Assembly: GCA_965224705.1 (NCBI GenBank)
Contig: OZ245056.1
Location: 896,001-960,000 of the forward strand
Reading direction: 5' to 3'
Origin: Spirochaetaceae bacterium
Lineage (GTDB): Bacteria; Spirochaetota; Spirochaetia; DSM-2461
DNA: 64,000 nt
Made by a program: the position numbers and the translations under genes. Positions 20,289 through 30,595 of the stretch are shown here, piece after piece. Each line of letters begins with the position of its first letter. Within the stretch, counting starts at the first letter, position 1. The notes under the pieces are model-generated. The model was not told the origin of the DNA. It made no database searches and worked only from the letters and a program-made list of their open reading frames with translations.

Positions 20289-21266
20289 TTAATGAACGAT
20301 GGAGGGGGACTCAACCTCAACATGGAAATCAGGGTGAAGTTTGCTTTTGAGAATGCTCTCGATGAATCCCAGTGTACCCATGGAAGAACTCGTACAGCCA
20401 AGACAGGCTCCCCGATAGGCAATAGTGACTCTGGGAATTCCATTCTCTACAGCGAAATCCTCAACATCGATATCACCTCCATCCTGGTGCAGGGATGGCC
20501 TTATCTCGGCATCCAGAACTCTTTCAATAACCTTGAACTGTTTGAAAGAACTCATTTCCATGAAGGGAAGATCCTCCCAGGCGGCTGATTCCTTCTCCAT
20601 TTCATCCCTGGTTTCAGCAAGGATGTCCGTAAGATACCATTTACGCTTTTCATGTCCTCCAGGCTTGATGCAGGATTTACAGAATGCTCCAGCCTTTGTG
20701 TAGTTTGTAATCTCATCAATGCTTTGCAGATTGTTCAAGCGGATGATTTCCCGGATGGACGACAGTGTCACCCGTGCACATTCACAAACAATTTCAGCAT
20801 CCTCAATAACAGCAATGGGAACCCCTTTCCAGGCGGCAGCAGCGGCTTTTATCACACCGTAGGCCATTACCGAACAATGCATTTTCTGGGGGGGGACTGC
20901 GGGGGTGTCCGGTTCATCCCGGAGGGCCTGCTCCACATCAATGTTCGTAATTTTCAGTGCCTCATCCACCGTTTTACCTATGCAGAGCTCTGCCATCATA
21001 TCGCTGGAAGCAATGGCCGTGCCGCAGCCGAAACTCTTAAAACGGGCATTGAGTATTCTGCCTGTATCCGGTTCAACAGACCAGTAAAGCCTGACGGCAT
21101 CTCCACAGGATTCCGCCCCATGATCCGCAACGATCAGTTTGCTTCCGGCTGCCTGTGCTTCCTCTTCGGTAATTGTTCCCATGTATTGTGGATTGTTCAT
21201 CCGGTCGGCAACCTTATCTGAATAATTTGTCCACAAAGATCCGCCTGTTAAATCACTTTTTGACAT
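20289..21266 (-). CDS. nifU: Fe-S cluster scaffold NifU (IscU-like, BFD-like and Nfu domains)
   Basis: SCGDAV, FGCGTAIAS, KMHCS, VCECARV, GAFCKSC and GACLGC motifs; AGGAGG SD before ATG 21266. Confidence 0.92.
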   Translation of the reverse strand: MSKSDLTGGSLWTNYSDKVADRMNNPQYMGTITEEEAQAAGSKLIVADHGAESCGDAVRLYWSVEPDTGRILNARFKSFGCGTAIASSDMMAELCIGKTVDEALKITNIDVEQALRDEPDTPAVPPQKMHCSVMAYGVIKAAAAAWKGVPIAVIEDAEIVCECARVTLSSIREIIRLNNLQSIDEITNYTKAGAFCKSCIKPGGHEKRKWYLTDILAETRDEMEKESAAWEDLPFMEMSSFKQFKVIERVLDAEIRPSLHQDGGDIDVEDFAVENGIPRVTIAYRGACLGCTSSSMGTLGFIESILKSKLHPDFHVEVESPSIVH

Positions 21267-21289
21267 TTCTATTCCTCCTGACAGCACTT

Positions 21290-22456
21290 CTAATAAGTAC
21301 TCGAAATTGAACGGAGCCGCTCCACCGTTGTGTGTACGGCCTCCAGAACTGTATCAATCTCCTCTTCCGTTGTATATCGGGACAAACTGAACCGCACAGC
21401 TGTATGAGTTAAATCATCATCAAGTTCCATCGCCTTGAAAGTTGCATCAGCCTCCAGTGTTTCCGATGAACAGGCACTCCCGGTGCTGGCTGCAATGCCA
21501 AGCCGATCCAGATCCCATATAAATGCTTCCCCTTCAATCCCCTTGAAACTTGCCAATATGGTGTTGGGAGTTCTATGCCTCCGACTCCCTGTCACTTTGG
21601 TCTGAGGTATGGAAAGAATACCGTCTTCCAGTCGATCCCTCAATTCACGGGTCATGGTATCCTGGTAATTAAGGGCACCCGCGGCGAGTTCCATCGCCTT
21701 TCCCAAACCGACGAGGAAGGCAACATTCACTGTTCCTGCACGGTGTCCGCCCATTTGCGTTCCACCATGCAGCAGGGGTGTGAGTTGTCTGTTCTTTCTG
21801 ATAAAGAGTCCTCCGACACCCTTGGGTCCATGAAACTTATGTCCGGAAAAAGTAAGGAAGTCAGCCGACACCTCGCGAAGATTGACCGGAATCTTACCAA
21901 TGGCCTGTACGGCATCAGTATGGAAGAGCACACCCCTTTCATGACAGAATTCGGCCAGTTCTTTCACTGGATTTATCAAACCCGTTTCGTTATTGGCCCA
22001 CATAATACTCACAAGTGCTGTTTTAGAGGGATCAAAATCCTTCGCCAGAATCTCGGGAGTTATCAATCCATCACTATCGGGTGCCAGCCGGACGACTTCC
22101 ACACCCAGTGATTCCAGCCAATCAGCACTATGGGCAACACAGGGATGTTCCAATTGAGTTGTAACGATGCGTGTTTTATTCCCGTTGAGAATTTCGTCAA
22201 ACCAGACGCCTTTCAGAACTGTGTTGTTCCCTTCCGTAGCACATCCATTGATCACCACATCATCTTCATCTTCAGCACCAATACAGTTGTATATCTGGTC
22301 CAGGGCCCAATGCATTCCGGGATGTGTCTCTGTACCAAATTCATGGAGGGAGTTCGGATTACCATACAACTGGAGCCAATATGGTTCCATGGCCTGCAGC
22401 ACTCCTGGATCAACTATCGTTGTTGCATTATTATCCATGTAAATTCTATTCATCAT
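21290..22456 (-). CDS. nifS: Cysteine desulfurase NifS
   Basis: YMDNNATT, HTDAVQ, SGHKFHGPKG and STGSACSS motifs. Confidence 0.93.
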   Translation of the reverse strand: MMNRIYMDNNATTIVDPGVLQAMEPYWLQLYGNPNSLHEFGTETHPGMHWALDQIYNCIGAEDEDDVVINGCATEGNNTVLKGVWFDEILNGNKTRIVTTQLEHPCVAHSADWLESLGVEVVRLAPDSDGLITPEILAKDFDPSKTALVSIMWANNETGLINPVKELAEFCHERGVLFHTDAVQAIGKIPVNLREVSADFLTFSGHKFHGPKGVGGLFIRKNRQLTPLLHGGTQMGGHRAGTVNVAFLVGLGKAMELAAGALNYQDTMTRELRDRLEDGILSIPQTKVTGSRRHRTPNTILASFKGIEGEAFIWDLDRLGIAASTGSACSSETLEADATFKAMELDDDLTHTAVRFSLSRYTTEEEIDTVLEAVHTTVERLRSISSTY

Positions 22457-22532
22457 TCATCCTATTTTTAACAATACCAGACCAGCATGAATTTGGCGAG
22501 TAGTAGAAAAGAAATTGCCTGGATAGGAAAAA

Positions 22533-23429
22533 ATGAATATGCTATACCTTAATATGACCAGAACACCCCTGACTTACAGCCACCGTGAAGAAATCAACGA
22601 ACAGCTTGATGCTCTCGGCATGCATCTCTCTGAGTATTCCTTTCCAAACCTGTACCTTTTTAGAAACACCCATCACTACGAAGTGATCAAAACCGATTCC
22701 GGTACTTCTTTTATTTCAGGCCTGAGCTACGATAAAAAACGTTACATAATGCCCATGACCAGGCCAAAAGTTTCAGGCAAGTGTGATTTGAAAGAACTCA
22801 ATTCATTGCTTTCCACCGGTGAATGGGACTGCATCTTCCCGGTTCCTGAAGAATGGCTGGAATGCTTTGATGAGGAAGAATATCACTTTGAGTACAATCC
22901 AGATGATTCCGACTACCTTTATTACACGGACAAATTCAAAACCTACCCCGGGAAAAAAATGCACAAGAAGAGAAATCTGCTTAACCAGTTTGAACGCAAC
23001 AATGACATTCTGGTTACACCAATTACCGATGATGTACTCAATGAGGCCAGAACTGTCCTTGATCTCTGGCAGCAGACTTCACCCCAGGAGTTATCCACCA
23101 GTGACTACAGTCAATGCTTTGAAGCCCTCGACATGCGAAATGAACTCAATCTTACAGGCTTCATAGTGTTCTCCGAAGGCAAACCTGTGGGCTTTCTACT
23201 GGGAGAACCTCTCAATGACGAAACGTATACAATCCATTTTGCCAAGGCAGATATCTCATTTAAAGGTGCATATCAGTTTCTTTTCAGCCACTTTGCCAAC
23301 TGTTACTGCCCGAACTACCGCTACATGAATCAGGAGCAGGACATGGGCAATGAGGGTTTACGAAAGAATAAAATCTCCTATCGCCCGGACCTGATGGCCT
23401 GCAAGTATCGAGTGTCGCTGAATACTTGA
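22533..23429 (+). CDS. DUF2156 / aminoacyl-phosphatidylglycerol synthase C-terminal-like protein
   Basis: SEYSFPNLYLF, DYLY, GKKMHKKRN, IHFAKA and YMNQEQDMGNEGLRKNKISYRP motifs. Confidence 0.8.
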   Translation: MNMLYLNMTRTPLTYSHREEINEQLDALGMHLSEYSFPNLYLFRNTHHYEVIKTDSGTSFISGLSYDKKRYIMPMTRPKVSGKCDLKELNSLLSTGEWDCIFPVPEEWLECFDEEEYHFEYNPDDSDYLYYTDKFKTYPGKKMHKKRNLLNQFERNNDILVTPITDDVLNEARTVLDLWQQTSPQELSTSDYSQCFEALDMRNELNLTGFIVFSEGKPVGFLLGEPLNDETYTIHFAKADISFKGAYQFLFSHFANCYCPNYRYMNQEQDMGNEGLRKNKISYRPDLMACKYRVSLNT

Positions 23430-23455
23430 CATAATTCGCATTAACATATTATATT
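23426..23455 (+). promoter_or_regulatory. Putative sigma70 promoter of the feo operon
   Basis: TTGACA at 23426-23431 and TATATT 18 nt downstream. Confidence 0.5.
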
Positions 23456-23533
23456 TGTCTTACCGAAGTTTGTTGCCCTGGCAATGCTGCCGGTCCGATC
23501 ATGCGATTGACGCAGATTCTGGAGGAGAGGAGC

Positions 23534-23749
23534 ATGGGTCTACTTGAAGTAAAAAATGGATGCAAAGCTGTTATCGTCAGCATAGGTGGCGGGCATGCTG
23601 TAAGAAATAGACTTATAAACCTGGGGATTGTACCGGGAATACCGATAAGAATTGTCCGCAAAGATGGTCGAAATCCCATGATACTTTCCGTAATGGGACA
23701 CCAGGTGATGCTGGGCTACAGTCTGGCCAAAATGGTTGTTGTCCGATGA
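23534..23749 (+). CDS. feoA: Ferrous iron transport protein FeoA
   Basis: RNRLINLGIVPG FeoA/SH3-like motif; AGGAG SD before ATG 23534. Confidence 0.88.
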   Translation: MGLLEVKNGCKAVIVSIGGGHAVRNRLINLGIVPGIPIRIVRKDGRNPMILSVMGHQVMLGYSLAKMVVVR

Positions 23750-23914
23750 TGCTGCATTCTCGAATCTTACAGAAATCTCCAGAGGGTGACCCCTCCCGCT
23801 CAGGGCCCGACTTGATCTTTTGCACAATTCCGGCATTCGAAAAAACGCAGCCGCGGTCCTCCCTGCGGCAGGCGGAAAACTCTTCGCCGGATTCCAGAAG
23901 CAGGATTTCTGAAG

Positions 23915-24184
23915 ATGTCTTTACCTGATTTCAAGGAAATCCAGATTGGGGAACAGGCGAGAATCGTTGGCTACGATTTAACCGAAAACAGTTATCGGCG
24001 CAAGCTTCTGTCGATGGGGCTGACCAGGGGAACTGTGTTCACATTGACCAGAATTGCGCCAATGGGTGATCCCGTAGAAATCGAGATCATGGGATACAAA
24101 CTGACCCTGCGCAGAAGTGAAGCCGATATACTGCAGATAGAAAGGGTGAATCCAATGAAATCTCAACCCCTGGACAGGCAATGA
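23915..24184 (+). CDS. feoA: Ferrous iron transport protein FeoA (second copy)
   Basis: YRRKLLSMGLTRG...APMGDPVEI...LRRSEA. Confidence 0.92.
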   Translation: MSLPDFKEIQIGEQARIVGYDLTENSYRRKLLSMGLTRGTVFTLTRIAPMGDPVEIEIMGYKLTLRRSEADILQIERVNPMKSQPLDRQ

Positions 24185-26400
24185 GTCAGTATTCCATTGC
24201 TGTTGTTGGAAATCCCAACTGCGGGAAATCAACTCTGTTTAACAGCCTTACCGGCAGCAATCAACGCATTGGTAACTGGCCGGGTGTTACCGTAGAGAAA
24301 AAATCAGGCATGCTTCTTGGATCGGAAAACATTGAGGTAATTGATTTACCAGGCATTTACTCTTTGAATATCGGCAGTGAAGATGAGATGATTGCCCGTA
24401 ATCATGTTCTTTCCGACGAAACAGATCTGGTCATCAATATAGTGGACGCATCAAACCTTGAAAGAAATCTGTTTCTAACACTCACCCTGATGGAAATGGG
24501 AAAATCAATGATACTTGTCCTTGGCATGAAGGATCTGGCTGAGAAAAAAGGTATGCTTGTGGATGCTGAGGCTCTTGCCCGGGCGCTTTCCATTCCGACT
24601 ATTTTAATCAACACCCTTAATAGCGTTGACACCCGGGATGTCCGTCGGCTCATAAAACAATGCCTGATTGAACTGAAACCGATGAAATCCAGGGTGACGT
24701 ATCCCGAAAGCATTGAAACCATTCTCTCCCAATGGTCTTCCAGATCAACGTCAATTTCCAGGCAGACAGCAATAATGCTCCTTGAGGAAGATGAGGAAAC
24801 AACCGCCAGAGTTATCAGTACGGGTGTCATTTCCCCACAGGAGATTCGGACTGGCATAGAAACTGTCAGAGAAAAGAACGGTGATTTCCCGGATGTGGTG
24901 ATTGCTGAAACAAAATTTGCCTGTATTATCTCCATTCTCAAGGGTGTCGTGGGGAAAACAAAAGGCATAACAGCGGCTACGGATAAAATCGACCGAATTG
25001 TTCTCAATAAGTGGGCAGGTGTTCCCGTTTTTCTTATGATCATGTTCCTGCTCTTCTGGACTGTCACCAATATCGGCGGTGCATTCATTGATTTCTTCGA
25101 CATTCTCTTCGGAGCCGTGTTTGTGGATGGATTCAGTCTGGTATTGAGTTCAATTGGTTCTCCACAGTGGCTGGTTACCCTCCTTGCAGGAGGTGTCGGG
25201 GCTGGAATTCAAACAGTGGCCACATTCATTCCCATTGTTTTTTTTATGTTTCTGATGCTTTCAATACTGGAAGATTCCGGGTATCTGGCAAGGGCTGCCT
25301 TTGTAATGGACCGGTTCATGCAGAGAATAGGACTGCCTGGAAAGGCATTTGTCCCCATGCTTGTAGGGTTTGGGTGTACTGTGCCGGCTGTCATGGCCAC
25401 ACGAACTCTGGAGAACAAGAAGGATAAATACCTCACCATCTTCATGGCACCATTCATGTCCTGCGGAGCCCGGCTGCCCGTTTATGCCCTGTTTGGAGCG
25501 GCTTTTTTTGGTTCCCGTGCCAGCCTGATGATCTTTTCCATTTACCTTACGGGATTTTTTCTGGCCATACTCACCGGACAGATCCTTAAAAGGACTCTTT
25601 TTCGAGGTGAAGTATCTCATTTTGTTATGGAGTTGCCTCCATACCACATACCACAGTTTAAAACGATAATGAGCAGGACATGGGACCGACTGAGAGTCTT
25701 CATTTTCCGGGCCGGCAAAGTGATCGTTGTTGCGGTACTCATTTTATCCTTTTTCAACTCGCTTGGAGTGGATGGCAGTTTCGGAAATGAAGACAGCAAA
25801 AACTCAGTTCTGGGAGCTGTGAGTACGGCTGCTACACCTGTCTTTGAACCGATGGGTATTGACAGAAAGAACTGGCCGGCCACCATTGGTCTGGTTACCG
25901 GTCTATTTGCCAAGGAAGCCATAGTCGGCACCATAACCGGCCTTTACGGTCAGATGGCTGCAGCGGAAGAAGTTGATTTCTCCCTGGTCACTGCTGTTGT
26001 TAACGCTTTTAAAAGTATCGTCGGCGGCCTTGGACGTCTTATCGCCCTTCCAGCCGATCTGCTGGGAATGGAAGAAATCTCCAGGGAATCAGCTGTTTTT
26101 GATCAGTTGAGGTTGTCGTTTGATAACGACTGGACACGTGCCTTCGCCTACCTGCTTTTTGTACTCATATACTTCCCCTGCGTCGCTGCATTTGGAGCCA
26201 TTGTCCGGGAAATTGGGATCGGTTACGGCTGGCTGGCGATTACTTATCTCACAATCCTTGCCTGGAGTGTTGCCACCCTGTTTTTCCAGATTGCAACGGG
26301 CCACAATATCTTCTGGATTGGATTTGCAGTCCTGCTCGTTGGCCTGTTTATTCCAGTGTTCAATCTCGTCAGTAAACGATGGAACTGGAGCAGGAAATGA
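24181..26400 (+). CDS. feoB: Ferrous iron transporter FeoB
   Basis: GNPNCGKS, GNWPGVTVE, DLPGIYSL, GFGCTVPA and MELPPY motifs. Confidence 0.96.
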   Translation: MSQYSIAVVGNPNCGKSTLFNSLTGSNQRIGNWPGVTVEKKSGMLLGSENIEVIDLPGIYSLNIGSEDEMIARNHVLSDETDLVINIVDASNLERNLFLTLTLMEMGKSMILVLGMKDLAEKKGMLVDAEALARALSIPTILINTLNSVDTRDVRRLIKQCLIELKPMKSRVTYPESIETILSQWSSRSTSISRQTAIMLLEEDEETTARVISTGVISPQEIRTGIETVREKNGDFPDVVIAETKFACIISILKGVVGKTKGITAATDKIDRIVLNKWAGVPVFLMIMFLLFWTVTNIGGAFIDFFDILFGAVFVDGFSLVLSSIGSPQWLVTLLAGGVGAGIQTVATFIPIVFFMFLMLSILEDSGYLARAAFVMDRFMQRIGLPGKAFVPMLVGFGCTVPAVMATRTLENKKDKYLTIFMAPFMSCGARLPVYALFGAAFFGSRASLMIFSIYLTGFFLAILTGQILKRTLFRGEVSHFVMELPPYHIPQFKTIMSRTWDRLRVFIFRAGKVIVVAVLILSFFNSLGVDGSFGNEDSKNSVLGAVSTAATPVFEPMGIDRKNWPATIGLVTGLFAKEAIVGTITGLYGQMAAAEEVDFSLVTAVVNAFKSIVGGLGRLIALPADLLGMEEISRESAVFDQLRLSFDNDWTRAFAYLLFVLIYFPCVAAFGAIVREIGIGYGWLAITYLTILAWSVATLFFQIATGHNIFWIGFAVLLVGLFIPVFNLVSKRWNWSRK

Positions 26401-26460
26401 TTGGAAAATAGTGACAGTTCCCCATTCTCAATCCCTGTGAATCATGGTAGATTTCTCTCC

Positions 26461-28230
26461 ATGCTAAAGAATAAACGAACGGCAACATGTGGTGAATTAA
26501 CAGTAAAGAACACAGGTCAAACCGTAACATTGAATGGCTGGATTCACCGCAGCAGGAATCATGGCGGTGTGCATTTCTTCGACATCAGAGACCGCTATGG
26601 CATGACTCAAGCGGTTATAGATAACAACGCTCCCCGGAAGCTGCAGGATATGGCCGCCGAGTTGAAAATGGAATACTGCATTGCCGTAACAGGGATTGTC
26701 CAGACCCGTCCGGAAGGAATGGTTAACAGAAGCATTGTAACGGGTGAAATTGAACTTGTCATCAATTCCCTGGAGGTGTTAAACACCTGCCCTGCTCTCC
26801 CGTTCATGGTAGACGGTGAGGAAGAGGTCAATGAAAATCTCCGTATGAAGTACAGATCCCTTGATCTCAGGACTGAAGCAATGCAAAAACGCCTGAAACT
26901 GCGTCACGAAACCACGTGGGAAGCAAGAAAATTTCTGACGGAGCAGGGGTTCTGGGAAGTGGAAACGCCCACCCTCATCAAATCCACCCCGGAAGGTGCT
27001 CGTGATTATCTGGTACCATCACGTTTGAATACCGGACATTTCTATGCTCTTCCTCAATCTCCTCAACTCTACAAACAGGTTCTTATGGCTGGAGGTTCAG
27101 ATAGATACTATCAATTTGCCCGCTGCTACCGGGATGAAGATGCCCGGGGAGACAGGCAGCCGGAATTCACCCAGATTGACCTTGAAATGAGTTTTGTCAG
27201 CCGGGATGATGTCTTGGAACTTCTGGAAGGACTGATGTCACGAACATTCAAGAAAGTTCTGGATATTGATTTACCCCGTCCCTTCCCGCGATTAACCTGG
27301 AAACAATCCATGGATGATTATGGAACTGACAAGCCTGATCTCCGCTATGGAATGAAGTTCCAGGATTTTACCCCCTTCGTTCCAGAATCGAACTTTGGCG
27401 TTTTCAAATCAGTTCTGGAATCCGGGGGGGCAGTCAAAGCCATGGTTGTAAAAAATGCCGCCGCCAGCTACTCCCGGAAAAAGATTGCTGAACTGGAAGA
27501 TGAAGCACGGAAAAAAGGGGCCGGAGGATTGGCCTGGATGAAGGTAACCGGCGATGGTCTGGATGGTGGTGTTTCGAAGTTCTACAGGGAACAGTCAACA
27601 GCCATCTGCAGTGATCTGGATGCCGGGCCAGGGGATCTTATACTTCTGATGGGGGCCGATTGGAAAATATCTGTGGAATCTCTGGGAGCTGTGCGAATGA
27701 AACTGGGCAGGGATCGGGGACTTATTAAACCCGATACATTCAGGTTCTGCTGGATTGTGGATTTCCCACTGTTCGAGAGGGATACGGAAAAGGATTCATG
27801 GAAGCCGGTTCACCACATGTTTACAATGCCCCAGGAACAGTATCTGGACACAATGGAAGAAAATCCCGGTGAAGTCATCGGTAATTTATACGACCTGGTC
27901 CTCAATGGCAACGAGCTGGGTTCCGGTTCTGTCAGGATACACAATCCCGACGTACAATCTCGAGTCTTCGACCTTGTGGGATTCCCCAGGGAAGACGCAG
28001 AGCAGCGATTTGGATTCCTCCTGGAAGCCTTGAAGTATGGGGCTCCTCCCCATGCTGGCTTTGCCGTCGGTTTTGATCGTCTGGTTATGCTTATGGCTCA
28101 GGTGAATTCATTGAGAGAAGTTATTGCCTTTCCGAAAAACACCCAGGGAATCAGCCCCATGGATGACAGTCCATCCGCTGTAGATACTGAACAGCTTGAT
28201 GATCTTCGATTAAGAATTGTTCAGGATTGA
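26461..28230 (+). CDS. aspS: Aspartate--tRNA ligase
   Basis: KSTPEGARDY, LPQSPQLYKQ, RQPEFTQID and GAPPHAG motifs. Confidence 0.97.
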   Translation: MLKNKRTATCGELTVKNTGQTVTLNGWIHRSRNHGGVHFFDIRDRYGMTQAVIDNNAPRKLQDMAAELKMEYCIAVTGIVQTRPEGMVNRSIVTGEIELVINSLEVLNTCPALPFMVDGEEEVNENLRMKYRSLDLRTEAMQKRLKLRHETTWEARKFLTEQGFWEVETPTLIKSTPEGARDYLVPSRLNTGHFYALPQSPQLYKQVLMAGGSDRYYQFARCYRDEDARGDRQPEFTQIDLEMSFVSRDDVLELLEGLMSRTFKKVLDIDLPRPFPRLTWKQSMDDYGTDKPDLRYGMKFQDFTPFVPESNFGVFKSVLESGGAVKAMVVKNAAASYSRKKIAELEDEARKKGAGGLAWMKVTGDGLDGGVSKFYREQSTAICSDLDAGPGDLILLMGADWKISVESLGAVRMKLGRDRGLIKPDTFRFCWIVDFPLFERDTEKDSWKPVHHMFTMPQEQYLDTMEENPGEVIGNLYDLVLNGNELGSGSVRIHNPDVQSRVFDLVGFPREDAEQRFGFLLEALKYGAPPHAGFAVGFDRLVMLMAQVNSLREVIAFPKNTQGISPMDDSPSAVDTEQLDDLRLRIVQD

Positions 28231-28303
28231 CAGACCATGTTCCGTGTTCCTGCCTGTTGCTTGTTGACCGTTACTTGAAATTATTGCACTCTCACAGGTA
28301 TTT

Positions 28304-29473
28304 ATGTTTTCAATTAAGACTTTCGACAAAATATCACCGGCCGGGTTAAGCATCCTTGAGAGGAGCAATTACAGCATAGACAGTTCCATAGCGGCACCCG
28401 ATGCCATACTGTTGAGAAGCTGCAATCTTTTTGAAGAAATGATTGGTGATTCCGTCAAAGCCATCGCCCGTGCTGGTGCGGGAGTAAACAACATCCCTGT
28501 AGATTTTTGCACTGAACATGGAATCGTCGTTTTCAATACTCCCGGTGCAAATGCCAACAGTGTAAAAGAACTGGTGATTGCCGGCCTGCTTCTGTCGTCA
28601 CGGCGTATCCATGAAGGGATGAACTGGCTTGAGAACCAGAAACCACATTCAGAACTTGAAAAGCAGGTTGAAAAGAATAAATCAGCATTCGCAGGCAATG
28701 AAATATCCGGCAAGAGTATTGGAATCATTGGCCTGGGAGCAATTGGGGTTCTCGTTGCCAATACAGTCGTGGAATTGGGAATGACCACTTACGGATATGA
28801 TCCATTTATTTCTATTGATGCAGCATGGGGATTGTCGAGAAAAGTAAAGCGGACAGAAAGCCTCAATCAACTTATGTCCAGTTGTGATTACATTACCCTC
28901 CATGTACCTCTGACACCGGATACAGAGGGTCTGGTGAATATGGAGAATCTTGGAAGGGCAAAGAAAGGACTGCGCATACTTAATTTCTCACGGGATGGCT
29001 TAGTTGACAGGCAGGCTGTTGAGTCATCTCTGAATAAAGGGATTATCAACCGTTACATCACAGATTTTCCCACACCGGAACTCATGGGTATTGAGGGAGT
29101 GATGAGTCTGCCCCACCTTGGAGCTTCAACGATGGAGGCTGAAGAAAACTGTGCCGTCATGGCGGCAGGGCAACTCAAAAACTTCCTTGAAAATGGAATC
29201 ATTGTGAACTCGGTCAATTTTCCTGACTGTTCCCTTGATAATACCGGAGGAACCCGTCTCCTTGTTGCCAATCTCAATGTACCGAACATGTTGAGTCAAA
29301 TTCTGGAAATACTTGCCCATCAAAATCTCAACATTGAAGAGATGGTCAATAAGCACCGCAACGGTATAGCGTACAATATAATTGATCTCTCAACTCCGGC
29401 AATCAGTGAATCAGTTCTGTCAGAATTGAATAACATCGAAGGGGTTATAATGACCCGGCAGACAGGATGCTGA
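28304..29473 (+). CDS. serA: D-3-phosphoglycerate dehydrogenase family with C-terminal ACT domain
   Basis: RAGAGVNNI, GLGAIG, PHLGAST and NVPNML motifs. Confidence 0.85.
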   Translation: MFSIKTFDKISPAGLSILERSNYSIDSSIAAPDAILLRSCNLFEEMIGDSVKAIARAGAGVNNIPVDFCTEHGIVVFNTPGANANSVKELVIAGLLLSSRRIHEGMNWLENQKPHSELEKQVEKNKSAFAGNEISGKSIGIIGLGAIGVLVANTVVELGMTTYGYDPFISIDAAWGLSRKVKRTESLNQLMSSCDYITLHVPLTPDTEGLVNMENLGRAKKGLRILNFSRDGLVDRQAVESSLNKGIINRYITDFPTPELMGIEGVMSLPHLGASTMEAEENCAVMAAGQLKNFLENGIIVNSVNFPDCSLDNTGGTRLLVANLNVPNMLSQILEILAHQNLNIEEMVNKHRNGIAYNIIDLSTPAISESVLSELNNIEGVIMTRQTGC

Positions 29474-29553
29474 AAAGTTCTCCAATGGGTCGACAGGCTG
29501 CATTTTCTTCGTTATACTGGCCGCCATTGAATAATATCTTTTCAGGAGGTTTG

Positions 29554-30594
29554 ATGAGCCACAGGATTTTATGGAAATACACATTTTTCCTGATACTGAC
29601 AGTGTTTGCGATGACTTCGATATCATGTAACCCCAACCCCTACAACCTTGAAGATGGGCTGTATGCCAGTATTATTACAGCCAGGGGTGATATAATTATT
29701 GAACTGTTCCCCGATAAATCACCTCTGACAGTAATGAACTTTGTTGGTCTTGCGGAAGGTTCACTGGATTTTACGAACAAGAACGGACCCTTCTACAATG
29801 GATTGAAATTTCACCGCGTGATTGAGAACTTCATGATTCAGGGGGGAGATCCTCAGGGAACTGGTTCTGGCGGACCTGGCTACAGTTTCAGAGATGAAAC
29901 GGATAATGGCCTGATTTTCGATAAACCGGGAATACTGGCCATGGCCAATTCCGGCCCCAATACCAATGGAAGTCAGTTTTTTATAACCCATGTTGTTACA
30001 GACTGGCTCAATGCCAGACATACAATATTCGGTCAGGTGAAACAGGGCCAGGAGATTGTCAATGCAATTGAGCAGGATGACATCATGAAGGAAATCAAAA
30101 TCATGAGAATAGGTACGAAGGCATCGAACTACAAAGCCGATTCGGACACATTTAAAACACTGGAGAAAAATCTTGAACAACAGGCACAGGCCATCCGGGA
30201 GGAAAAAATGAAAGACATATTGAATGAAATTGCCAACCGCTGGCCTGGTGCTTTGTTTGATGAAACAACAGGGATTTATAATCTGATTCGTACCGAAGGT
30301 GCTGGCCCTCTTCCGAATCCCGGCTCCAGGATTACGGTTCATTACACCGGAACACTGATGGATGGGACCAGGTTTGACAGTTCAAGAGACAGAGATGATC
30401 CCTTCCAATTCATTGTTGGGAAAGGACAGGTGATTCCTGGCTGGGATGTTTCCCTGCTTCAAATGAAAAAAGGAGAGCGGCGCATAATAATACTCCCTCC
30501 TGAAATGGGCTATGGCAGCCGGGGAATTGGCCCCATACCGGCTGATTCATGGCTGGTATTCGATGTGGAACTCATTGATTTCCAGGACGAATAA
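29554..30594 (+). CDS. Peptidyl-prolyl isomerase, cyclophilin-FKBP fusion (lipoprotein)
   Basis: Lipobox-like ISC; FHRVIENFMIQGGD and MANSGPNTNGSQFFIT; VHYTG...FDSS...VIPGWD; GGAGG SD. Confidence 0.92.
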   Translation: MSHRILWKYTFFLILTVFAMTSISCNPNPYNLEDGLYASIITARGDIIIELFPDKSPLTVMNFVGLAEGSLDFTNKNGPFYNGLKFHRVIENFMIQGGDPQGTGSGGPGYSFRDETDNGLIFDKPGILAMANSGPNTNGSQFFITHVVTDWLNARHTIFGQVKQGQEIVNAIEQDDIMKEIKIMRIGTKASNYKADSDTFKTLEKNLEQQAQAIREEKMKDILNEIANRWPGALFDETTGIYNLIRTEGAGPLPNPGSRITVHYTGTLMDGTRFDSSRDRDDPFQFIVGKGQVIPGWDVSLLQMKKGERRIIILPPEMGYGSRGIGPIPADSWLVFDVELIDFQDE

Positions 30595-30595
30595 A

